The notes under the pieces: model-generated
Told to the model about the DNA's origin: nothing
What the model saw: the letters and a program-made list of their open reading frames with translations, nothing else
The model's database searches: none
Made by a program: the position numbers and the translations under genes
In this document: in pieces, positions 54,522 to 64,000 of the stretch
Numbering within the stretch: position 1 is the first letter of the stretch
Layout: every line of letters starts with the position of its first letter
DNA from: Balanoglossus misakiensis
Taxonomy: Eukaryota; Animalia; Hemichordata
Length of the DNA stretch: 64,000 nt
Reading direction: 5' to 3'
Assembly: GCA_040954595.2 (NCBI GenBank)
Contig: CM082579.2
Location: 11,273,625 to 11,337,624 of the forward strand

Positions 54522-54555
54522 TGTTCTACCTTATGTCAATGTTTTGTCCCAGTAG

Positions 54556-54635
54556 ATTCGAACATATGACCGTGATCGATGGTCAAGGAAATGTAGTAGC
54601 ACAGGGGACCCACATTATTACACAATGGACGGGAT
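54556..54635 (+). CDS. VWDE-like protein exon 5 (start of VWD domain, GDPH)
   Basis: IRTYDRDRWSRKCSSTGDPHYYTMDG; tandem CAG-TAG acceptor; donor AT|GTACGT, phase 2. Confidence 0.88.
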
Positions 54636-54873
54636 GTACGTAACTACCCGCATAACTTTTGATTTTCGAAACATACACATATCAAAGGATGTGTAATTCA
54701 ATTGTAAGATATCGCTATGGTTTTACATTGGTAATAATAAAGTCACTGTAATAAATTCTTCTTTGTACATGCAGTCGATACAATGTCAGAGTAAATGTCA
54801 GAATGCCGTCTCGATATAGTGTTGCTTAGAATGAAAACGACCTTTAAAAATGATTTTTATTTTTAATTTCCAG

Positions 54874-54937
54874 GTATTTTCACGTGTATCTCCCTGGCGA
54901 ATACATATTCTATCGACACAGTGTGTTGCCGTATGAA
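54874..54937 (+). CDS. VWDE-like protein exon 6 (VWD)
   Basis: tttccag|; (M)YFHVYLPGEYIFYRHSVLPYE; |GTAAGT. Confidence 0.88.
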
Positions 54938-55181
54938 GTAAGTTCTTGAAAGCTATCGACACTCCTCTGTCATGGGAATTTACTTGCACACACCTGAAAA
55001 CGGAACTCGAGTCTTGCAAGCGGTATCAGTAGTAAAACAAATGATACGGAAGGTCACACTGTCAAATCTTACAAGTTGTCGGCTAAAATAAGCCTTACAT
55101 CGTGGCATTAGCAAGTAATTGTTTAAGAATAGCTGATGTCACTGTTCACAGCTGCTGCGTTTCGTTGTTGAATCTCTATAG

Positions 55182-55430
55182 GTGCAGACACGTTTGAAAC
55201 CTTGCTGGAGTGTGGCCTGTAACTGTGGTGTAGCTGCCCGAGCTGAAGACGACGTTATTATCGTTGACCGATGTAAAACGATCACCGAAGAAGTGGTTTC
55301 CTATAATAGTCGTGGTCAAAGATCCTCGTATTTCCGGGAACACAGGCAACTAACCGTGAAGATCATCGCTAATGGTGTTATGACACCCGGGTTCAGACTC
55401 GTAAAGCAGGATAGTGGAAGGACCTTTAAG
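55182..55430 (+). CDS. VWDE-like protein exon 7 (VWD)
   Basis: ctatag|VQTRLKPCWSVACNCGVAARAEDDVIIVDRC...GRTFK|GTAAAA. Confidence 0.9.
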
Positions 55431-55619
55431 GTAAAATGTCAACTTGCACTTTAATAATATGATCCACCCCCGAATAGGCGTACTAACTTGTCTGAATACA
55501 TTCCTAAATCTTCATCTTGAGATTGCCTGATAGGCTTGTGAGAACAAATCGTACGTTTATCGCAAATTTCTTTACCAAATAAATTGTTAATACTGGCGAC
55601 ATGTATATCAATTATGGCT

Positions 55620-55963
55620 ACCTTAAATAGGTTTTCACTTTGCGCTAGGGGGTCAAATCCCATTCTATTCTGGTCGAAAAGTCGACAACCCACTCTAGTA
55701 AGAGATAGAAGAAATGATATGTTTACTGTATTTCATGACTTCATTTGGTCAAACATGTCTGTCTTTGTAGTTACCATATTAAACTCATTAAACTTTTTTC
55801 ACATTTTGTTATTTTTTCTATTAAAAAGTTTCAGAATGACCCATCATCACTTTAGCTTATGAACTCCTATTCTTTAAACATGGCAAAAATCGGCCATCTT
55901 GAAATTGTGTCGACCATGTGAGATTTGTATCACCCACCTAGGTAGCCCAAACCTATTTAAGGT
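55620..55963. mobile_element. MITE-like insertion in intron 7
   Basis: Perfect 15-bp inverted repeat ACCTTAAATAGGTTT (55620-55634) / AAACCTATTTAAGGT (55949-55963) containing TTAA, with weaker subterminal complementarity. Confidence 0.55.
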
Positions 55964-56029
55964 CAGGAGAATTGAAAGTATAACCAGACTTTTTCATTTC
56001 TCCGAAAATTGTTTTTGTTTTTGTTACAG

Positions 56030-56256
56030 ATTTACTTCCCAACTGGAGCTTACGTCGAAATTCAGGGAACCACTTATCTCAGCGTGTATTTTTCTGCTGG
56101 GGCAGATGACTACGGCGGGGAAAACTTGGGTCTTTGCGGCAGTTATGACACCAACCCCGAGAATGATTTCCTAAATGGTCCTGTCACAGCCCCTTCAAAG
56201 TTTTACTCACCAGCTCTGAGAAATACGGTTGCTCACGATTTCGCTACGACATGGAG
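56030..56256 (+). CDS. VWDE-like protein exon 8 (VWD end, GLCG motif)
   Basis: ttacag|IYFPTGAYV...GLCGSYDTNPENDF...FATTW; AG|GTATGT, phase 2. Confidence 0.9.
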
Positions 56257-56270
56257 GTATGTCTAACAAA

Positions 56271-56327
56271 TGTATGTATGTATGTATGTATGTATGTGTG
56301 TGTGTGTGTGTGTGCGTGCGTGCGTGC

Positions 56328-56377
<50 letters not shown>

Positions 56378-56380
56378 ATG

Positions 56381-56410
<30 letters not shown>
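56271..56410 (+). repeat. Compound microsatellite (TATG)n(TG)n(CGTG)n(TCTG)n(TATG)n in intron 8
   Basis: Direct reading. Confidence 0.95.
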
Positions 56411-56411
<1 letters not shown>

Positions 56412-56491
56412 TGAGAACTAACATGAATGAGTAATCTGCTTGTCAATGTTGAGGCTGGTGTGAATCTTTCCTTTAATGTTGCTATGCCTAG

Positions 56492-56810
56492 GGTTCCACC
56501 AGGAAAGAATCTATTCTATGGAGAATTGGACACATTTGAGAAGAACAATGTCAGCCAGGTGTATTGCACCTGTAGTCCAAATGCACAGGATGGAAGACTT
56601 GATGAGGTCTGTGAAATTGGCAAAGATAACGGACGATGGCCCCAGTCTCCTGGAACTTGCAATGCCAGAGAATGCGATGTAACCGACGAGTATCTGGAAA
56701 AAGAAGTCGCTAACAGACGTCGACGAAGTGCCAATAAACGACAGAAGCGAGAAACAACTGTTCCTGATGATGATCTTGTTTTTGAGTTCGACGAGAATTT
56801 TGAATTTCTG
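56492..56810 (+). CDS. VWDE-like protein exon 9 (Cys-rich linker, polybasic site)
   Basis: gcctag|G GTT: (R)VPPGKNLF...YCTC...RRRRSANKRQKR...FEFL|GTAAAT. Confidence 0.88.
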
Positions 56811-56819
56811 GTAAATTAC

Positions 56820-57170
56820 TTAAAGGGACAAAGTCTCTCTCTCCCTACCCTTTTTACATTAATTATGTTTGATACAAGACACCATTTAAGCTAATGTACA
56901 TGTGGATATGTAGTGAATCAACGTTCAACCACACACACTTGTCATCCAGTTTGTAGACACAAGAGTAAAAAAACTCGCCAAAATGAATAATCAGTCTCTA
57001 CCATTTATTCATTTTGGCGAGTTTTTACTCTCATACAAGTAGGATGGAAATTGTGTGTGGTTGAATGTTCATTCACTACATATACACATGTACATTAACA
57101 TAAACAGTGTCTTGTATCAAACATTATTAATGGAAAAAAGGGCAGGGAGAGAGAGACTTTGTCCCTTTAA
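56820..57170. mobile_element. Palindromic TTAA-flanked MITE (T2/Kolobok-like, AGGRR termini) in intron 9
   Basis: TTAAAGGGACAAAGTCTCTCTCTCCCT... and ...AGGGAGAGAGAGACTTTGTCCCTTTAA. The arms are complementary nearly to the centre (aaaaactcgccaaaatgaataa / ttattcattttggcgagttttt). Confidence 0.9.
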
Positions 57171-57454
57171 AATAAGCATGCGTTGAATGTTTATCTTTTG
57201 AATTTTTCGAGGTACACACATATTGTTAACATAAAATACAGTATAGCGGAAGTATTTTGAAATGTATTGATATGTTAGTGTTTTCCCCAAGGATTTCTGA
57301 CACATTCTTGGGTAATGGTTTTATGGATGTTAATTTATTTTTGGAATATTGAATGTTTTATGTTTTGCCAAAATTGAAAGACATTGGCCTGTACACTCGC
57401 ATTCTTAAGAGAATGCAATTCCCTAAATAAGCCTCTGTTTTTTCGTTCTGAAAG

Positions 57455-57613
57455 GTGCCTGAATGGCCAACGACGTTAGGAATTACAGAGGCTCAGGCAC
57501 AGAATGAGTGCTTTCAACAAATAAAAAATACACCTATTGGTCAAAGTTGTTCGACTGCACTTGACGATGACGAAGTAGAAGAATTCATAGCTGCTTGCAA
57601 AATTGATATTCAG
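57455..57613 (+). CDS. VWDE-like protein exon 10
   Basis: gaaag|VPEWPTTLGITEAQAQNEC...C...CKIDIQ|GTATGA; WPT..G.TE motif characteristic of VWDE proteins. Confidence 0.9.
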
Positions 57614-57840
57614 GTATGAGCATGCGCTTTTAGTCACCCGTAGCTTGGGTTCACCATTTGGGTGTCGCGACATCCAGAACATTTACAAAATCTGTCATCG
57701 TCCATGATGGTTTTATGGCTGTGTGAGTACACCAACAGCAGGTTGCAAATGTATGGTATGTAGGCACGATAGACATACAGATCACCTCAACAATCACAAC
57801 AATGACGACAGAACTAATAATTTTTACAACATTTGCATAG

Positions 57841-58215
57841 GTTTTAGACGACCTGTCTCAAGCAAAAATATCCAGAGATCTACTGACAGCCCAGTGTGAA
57901 GAGGTTCTGTCCAAAAACAGTTCGCTTTGGGAAGCAAGCAGTGACGGGACTGTTGGTCCACCGAGATCGATCCTGGGAGCAATGTGTCCTTCTGACTGCA
58001 GTGGCAACGGAGATTGCAACGACGGTGTATGCACGTGTTACCAGAGCTTTGGAGGTACTGACTGCTCAACGAATTTGAACGAACCGCCGCAGATCTACCG
58101 TTCAGGCAAGGCTGGTCTGTGTGACTCCGGTGTAGAGAGCTGTACCTACGTGTCAATCTACGGTGACAACTTCGTAGAATCTGCAGACTTGACTTGTCAT
58201 GTGACACGCGTGGAG
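57841..58215 (+). CDS. VWDE-like protein exon 11 (EGF-like)
   Basis: gcatag|VLDD...CPSDCSGNGDCNDGVCTCYQSFGGTDCS...GLCD...TRVE|GTAAGC. Confidence 0.92.
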
Positions 58216-58516
58216 GTAAGCACTTACGAGGAGAGATGTCACTGACATGTAAATTAACTATAGAGGGGTTTTGCTGACGTGGATGTGTGATGAATTTTTT
58301 TTACGAGAGCAGGGATGACAAATGAACACACATTTAACAACTTGAACAGCAAGAAAACAAATTGAAACTGATGAATCTTTTCTTGGTGACTGATAACTGT
58401 CATGTTAATGCGCCGTCGAGTTCGTCTTGGGACTTTTTAAAGTTAAAAGGGTGAATTGACTGTTTTAAAGGAAAAACATTTTCCAATATTACTTTTTTGT
58501 AAACTTCATTTTTAAG

Positions 58517-58768
58517 ATATCGGAGTCAGAATTTACCATTTCGGATACAACAACAAACACAGTTGGCGAATATTCGACTTTCGAAGAAGTCAAATGCCCC
58601 ATCGTAGCCAATTCCAGACGAAGACGAGCTGCCAATGCTCCGGAACCTGTGGGTGCCTTGGTTTCTATTAGTAACAATGGAGCCATCGAGAGCGCACAGG
58701 TTCTTGCTATCATCTATGACTCAAACTGTGATGTCTGCAATGGCACATATGGCTATTGTTCTCGAAAG
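58517..58768 (+). CDS. VWDE-like protein exon 12
   Basis: tttaag|ISESEF...EEVKCP...SRRRRA...VSISNNG...YDSNCDVCNGTYGYCSRK|GTAAGC. Confidence 0.9.
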
Positions 58769-58985
58769 GTAAGCAGTTTTGGGAAACCCTTCGTATACAC
58801 GACACCCTACAGGATTCGTTTGTTTTTGTAAACAAATGGCATCAATGACTGCTCAGTCGATACTTATCCAAGCGAAATTGATTGGAAACATTATATCGAA
58901 AGGGGATAAAAGAACACAGCCCCAATAGAATTCAATGTGGCATTTCCATAAATATACAATAATATACAATCTCTCTTTCTCTCAG

Positions 58986-59046
58986 ACTGACATCTGCATC
59001 GTGGATGGCGAATGCTACAATCTTGATGACCCAATGTGTCAGCAAG
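58986..59046 (+). CDS. VWDE-like protein exon 13
   Basis: ctctcag|TDICIVDGECYNLDDPMCQQ G|GTAAGC, phase 1. Confidence 0.87.
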
Positions 59047-59258
59047 GTAAGCTGTGATTCTTTGATAATCATTACGCATTTAAACTATGTGTCTTATGGC
59101 GTTGTGACGTTCAAAGTTAGTTTGTGGCGACTAATAAAGCAGATGTCTGGTAATATGATGCATGTTTACAATGCCATATGTTATTGTCTACACATAATTC
59201 TCGAACATCTCCTTCAAGAAAAGAATTCTAAGTGTACTTCTGATTTTTTTACTTTTAG

Positions 59259-59352
59259 GTTCTAACACATGGATAATTGTTGGTGCTGTTCTTGGCTCTG
59301 TGTTTGCAGTTGCCATTGTCATCATCATTGTTGCAGTGGTGTGTGTCAAGAA
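59259..59352 (+). CDS. VWDE-like protein exon 14 (transmembrane helix)
   Basis: ttttag|; SNTWIIVGAVLGSVFAVAIVIIIVAVVCVK; AA|GTAAGT, phase 2. Confidence 0.88.
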
Positions 59353-59531
59353 GTAAGTCTTCAGTCTAAATTTAAACCTTTTATCTAAATTTAAAGTTTG
59401 ACGTGTAACAAAGGCTCATACCAGCAATGTTGTTCACGGTTTTGCGTGTTTTACCGTGAAATTCTAATATCGTCATATCGTCATCACTTCACCACTTGTA
59501 ACTTATCTTGACATTTGTTTTCTCGTAACAG

Positions 59532-59601
59532 GAAAGGCAAGAAGAAATCCAGAGTTGACTCGGCGGACAGAGTAGCAGGAAACGGCGAACGCGGACCATA
59601 A
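59532..59601 (+). CDS. VWDE-like protein exon 15 (short basic cytoplasmic tail, stop)
   Basis: taacag|; (K)KGKKKSRVDSADRVAGNGERGP*; consistent with the positive-inside rule. Confidence 0.8.
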
Positions 59602-59969
59602 TGACCCCAGATTCTGCATTAACCTGCAGTCATCGGTCGACGCCATCTGCAAGGATTCAATTTCCGTAGATTTGCTGTGTACATCATCTATATAAATGAT
59701 CGTGGCCATACCACAATGTTAACTAAATAACTTTTTATAATCAGTTAGTGGCTGTAATTATGCATGTATACGTAGTAGAGGTTGTTTTTCATGATTATGA
59801 AATTTTGTGAAATCCGTCGAATGAAGTGCCAAATTGCAACAGTATACCAAGGCACCCGACAAGGTGTGCGGTTGATACCTTACGCGATATTTTATCCCGC
59901 ACAGAAGAATACCACATGTGTGTTTCTTTTTAACTATCGATGGTTCAATGAGTTACTGATGTAATATCG

Positions 59970-59975
59970 AATAAA
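59970..59975 (+). terminator. Candidate polyadenylation signal of the VWDE-like gene
   Basis: AATAAA ~370 nt after the stop codon. Confidence 0.45.
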
Positions 59976-61379
59976 ATTTACAGTACATAAATTGTGAATG
60001 ATATATTTATAGGCTTAAAAGGCGACTTAGATATTTTACTTCATCTTTCCCATGAAATGTTTAAAATGTAGTGTAAATTGTTGCTCGTATCACACATTTG
60101 CTTTCCTCTCTTATTCAAATTACCAAGCGAAATCAAAGTAGCGCTATTGTAACCTGTGTGCCTTTATAGGTGTTGAGTCTCAAAGCTGGCCGCTGGGTGG
60201 AACGTAAAGTTCGGCATTGACGTCATATTCTGTAAAGTCCAGCTCTTGTCTGCATGACTGTCTTGTAGATTAGCTATGTCTCCATATTCGGACTGTTCCT
60301 ACTTATTTTTTTTATTAATTGTGTACATGTATACTAAAATATATAATAAACAAGGGTTCAAAATATTGCTTTGATCTGAACTTGCAATATATTCGCCTTG
60401 GCTTCTAAATAATACCCCATTAGTTCTAACCAAAGGTACATAAAACCCGTGGAACAGGTTATACTGAGCGGTATATACAGTCAACATGATTGCTGTCAAA
60501 GTATTGATTTTTCCGGCAGCTTGTGATCAGTGTAACTGAACCATACACAGTCGAGCCATGTCGGCCTTTAATAGCAAACCAAGCGTGAACGTACTCGTCA
60601 GACCATACATTTTTGCAAAAAATCGATATTGGCGGCGGTGTTACCTTTCTGTTCAGTCTTGGAGAAGAAACCAACATGAAGCATGTTTTCGAATTTGAAA
60701 AAAAAAATTGAAATTGAACGTAATATATCAACCATATTTTATGTTACTAATAAATTATATCGGACGCTTAATATTCTAAACTACCAGAGGTGTGCGTTCT
60801 TGGGGATCTTTCTTATCCAGGCTTAATAAAGGCAGTGTGGATGACGCCGTTTCGCTGACCCACACGTTGTCAACTTCTCGCCTTAGGCTGAAAAAATATA
60901 CTCGTAAACACTTATCGTGACATCAAACTAGTAAACACTTAATGGGATTGTGTGTAAGGAGATACTTGTCTAGAACTGCAGCCTGTTGTACCCTTTGTCT
61001 TGTTTGTTCATTGTGTTGGTCTTGTATATGGACCTGGTGATGGCCAATCGATTTCGGCGAAAAGGGTAAAGCCCACTGAAACTGGAAAAGACTGTTTGAT
61101 GTTGACTTTGATGTCAATGTGTCGATTGTGTCTGCACGTACATGTATATTCAGTGTATCTGAACAATGTGGTAGCCCAGCTATAAGTGAAAACAGATTAT
61201 AAAGGTCAGGGGCATGCAATTGGACCCTCTATCTGTTAACAAAGATGCAGGCTCGATTCCCTCTGAGTCAATGACTCGATTACTGTCATCAAGTCTAGCG
61301 TACAGTGTTCGAAAAAAACATTCATATTTTGCTAATGGGTACGAGGGAAATTTGACCCTACAGTCCACCATTCCCGTAG

Positions 61380-62410
61380 GTATTTTAAGTTCACCGATAA
61401 TTTGGGTGGTCATTGCAATTACATGGTCAAAGACAAATCAGAGTCATAGCCGAGTGCATTCCATCCCAAGTTTATCCCTCCTAGGTTCACCACTTTGTTT
61501 ACCTTCAGCATTGCAGCGTATGATATCATTAATCCCTGCTCCAAGTACTGCACCAACATTTGGTCTACCCCAATGGGGCAAAACTGTCTCCCCTCACACA
61601 CAAAAGTTTCACAACCAAACTGCGCACTTTGCTTGACCGGGCAGGTGTTCCACTAAATGCCTTCTCTGGCCACGGCTTTCGTAGAGGGGGTGCCACAGCT
61701 AGCTGCTTTCTCTGCACATGTCCCAGGGGAATTAATTCGTTTTCATGGTGACTGGAAGTCACAAGCATATTTAGTGTATTTAGAGTAACTGTTGCCTTTT
61801 TCACAACGCTTAGAAATTTCCCGTGAGATGAACACTGATCTTAGCTCATACAGACCTTAATTCTGCACTTTTACCAGAATTGTTAATAATTCAGATAATT
61901 TACCTTTTATCATATATTATCACGACTAGTTAGAGTCATTTTATCACCAAATGTTGTTGAGGCATTTTTTGTGTACATTGTAGTTTTATTTGGGGGGGGG
62001 GGGGTCATGGCTTACTTTCATCCCTGGCCTTTTGCTTGCAGGTCACCACCAATAAAAGAGGTGTTCATGCCTCAGACTGCCAAGCCCTCTGTCTTATGTG
62101 TTTTATCAGAGAATTTGTGTCGCTTTGAGAAGAGCCACAGCGCCCTCAAAGGGAGTAATTACGGAGACGGGACAGAGCATGCGCATTGACCACAAGGCTG
62201 AGTTAGCCCATAGCAGTTGCCACAACTCAGCGCAGCTCATTAGTCACCCTACCTCCCAGCTTTTTTTACTCACTGTGTGCATTTTGTAATTGCAATTTCA
62301 CTACAGTTGTACTTTCCATTGTTAGAATGTCGACTACTAACATTGGCCTTTTAATTCTTGCAGGTCACTCACCACCATTAAAAGGGGTTTTCCTGCCTCA
62401 GACTGCCAAG
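61380..62410 (+). mobile_element. Decayed tyrosine-recombinase retrotransposon (DIRS/Ngaro-like) 3' remnant
   Basis: Frameshifted YR C-terminus: VIAITWSKTNQ..R..IP..GSPLC / LSPLTHKSFTTKLRTLLDRAG...FSGHGFRRGGAT / AFSAHVPGELIRFHGDWKSQAYLVYLE, retaining the HxxR, W and Y catalytic-type positions. It is followed by a G-run and an imperfect ~60-bp direct repeat (62025-62084, 62344-62410). Confidence 0.85.
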
Positions 62411-62956
62411 AGTATTTGGTATTCACACTACCTGGTGGTAATATTGGATTTCCAAAGAAATATGCATATTCCATACCTCAAAACCTATAGGGCTGATTGA
62501 CTCAAAGATTCTTGTGTGGTTACATTTGCCCTTTGCCCTTCAAATATAGCCAATAAAATGGTTATTAGTCATGTGACTTTGCCACCATTTTTGATTTCTG
62601 AAAATTATCATAAAAAATCCAAATATCTTCTACTCCAGAGACAGCAAATATCGAGCATCAGGATTAAGTGCACATGAGCACCTAACCATTGTCTGTCAAG
62701 TTTATGAAGAAGGTAATGATTGGCCGACCCCATATGGTGAACCATATTGGATTAGACCTATCCAAGAACTGATGAAAATGTTCACATTGAAAATGTTCAC
62801 ATTTTTCTCTCTCCACACCTGCAAAGCTCTTTTAGTAGAGACTCTGCACATATTATCACATGGGTGTCTCGGCATTATTAAAGAAAGACATTTCCGGATA
62901 TCATCAAATATGGTCGCTATGCTGTTGTGTAGTTAAACTCATTACTTATTGATATA

Positions 62957-64000
62957 GGGCAACACTTCCAGGAAACAAAGGATTACATTGAGACGCTGAA
63001 CGACAATGGTTTTCACATCAACTTTAAAGGCAGAGAAGACCTTGACACATTCAAGAGAAACATAAGGAAACTAAGCATTCTGTAGTGTATGTCTTTTTAG
63101 CTAAATTGAAAACAGCTAATTGCTGTGAAAATTGCTAAACTGCATGAAGCAGTGTAATACAAATAAACTAATTTTATTCCAGCAGTACTTTATTTTTTAT
63201 CTACTCACACTTAATATTCGATATTTTTTATTTTCTCTCATCAGGTGCATGACATATTCATCGCCAGTGTCTGCAACAATGTTAAAGCAGGGTTCCCTGA
63301 TGTGGCTGTTCTGGATGCTTTTTTGCTGTTTAATCCGAAAGAAGTTCCAGATCTAGAGTTATGTGAATTATTGGATAGTCATGGTCAGGAACAATTACAA
63401 GTAAGTACTCACTGACGACATAAATTTTATAAGTTAAAGTTAGAATCCTTAAGTTTCGGCTTCTTATTCATTTCTCTGTTCCTGCAGTTGTTTGAATCAT
63501 AGCAGTCTTTGTTTGCTTTTCAAAATTCATTTACTAAAATATCTGTTGTCTTTTTTTTCAGATTCTGACACAAAACTACGAGGAGATCATTGATGCAGGG
63601 ACGAAACAAATGAAGAGTGGAAATGCCTGCTACCGACAATTCACCAAAGAAGGGATTTCCTCACATTCGCTGACACCATGAGATTAGTAATTACTGATAT
63701 GGCAGCAACGTTCCCGAACTTGGCAAAACTCGCACAGATTGCTTTGACAATACCAGTTTCCACAGCAGGTAGGCTTTTAATTCCTGTACTGTTTGTAAGG
63801 CTGCTAAGCTAACTTTGAGATGAATGATTGGTTGCTATACAACTGACTTTAATAATTGTACATATGTATAACTATAAGTATTTCTTTTGTTCACCCATTC
63901 AGACTGTGAGCGTGGCTTCAGTGCACTATCGAGAGTGAAAACAAGGCTGAGGAACAAGGTATTGAATTATCTTCTGATGGTTTCAATTGAAGGCCCAACC
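62957..64000 (+). pseudogene. Intron-containing hAT transposase / ZNF862-like pseudogene (C-terminal dimerisation domain), truncated by the window edge
   Basis: Exon-like blocks at 62957-63061 (donor reads ATAAGG), 63245-63400 (NNVKAGFPDVAVLDAFLLFNP...HGQEQLQ), 63562-63768 (frameshift near 63600; EEWK...FPNLAKLAQIALTIPVSTA) and 63903-64000 (DCERGFSALSRVKTRLRN..LLMVSIEGP). Confidence 0.85.

Noticed and set aside
59350-59356. In-frame TAA at the TM-exon donor (AAG TAA) as a tail-less isoform switch
   Set aside because: GTAAGT donors after phase-2 exons generate this automatically, so it is not evidence of regulation.
1-64000. tRNA, rRNA, CRISPR arrays or prokaryotic operons
   Set aside because: None recognised. 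The sequence is eukaryotic, and the short duplications are two-copy tandems without spacers.

Overview
AT-rich, intron-containing animal genomic DNA. It is probably a marine invertebrate; the repeat and gene content would fit an invertebrate deuterostome such as a hemichordate, but that is inference. Four main elements are supported. (1) A two-coding-exon secreted polypeptide gene on + : a signal-peptide exon at 7442-7528, a ~24.8 kb phase-0 intron, and exon 32323-33705 (~489 aa in total). It encodes a prohormone-like precursor with 14 copies of an unfamiliar K-x-[F/Y]-x-G-x-P peptide motif, many bounded by basic cleavage sites and Gly-Arg/Gly-Lys-Arg amidation signals. This is the strongest candidate for a novel signalling system here, and the ORF track captures only its last 352 aa. 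(2) A complete 15-exon gene on + (51076-59601, ~979 aa) for a VWDE-like type I membrane protein: signal peptide, aromatic Cys loop, TSP1, EGF, VWD with GDPH, EGF-like region, TM helix and short basic tail. (3) A decayed DIRS/Ngaro-type tyrosine-recombinase retroelement remnant (~61.4-62.4 kb). (4) A decayed, intron-containing hAT/ZNF862-like transposase running off the right edge. The rest is intronic or intergenic sequence with TTAA-type MITEs, microsatellites and short tandem duplications; most short ORFs in the track look spurious.
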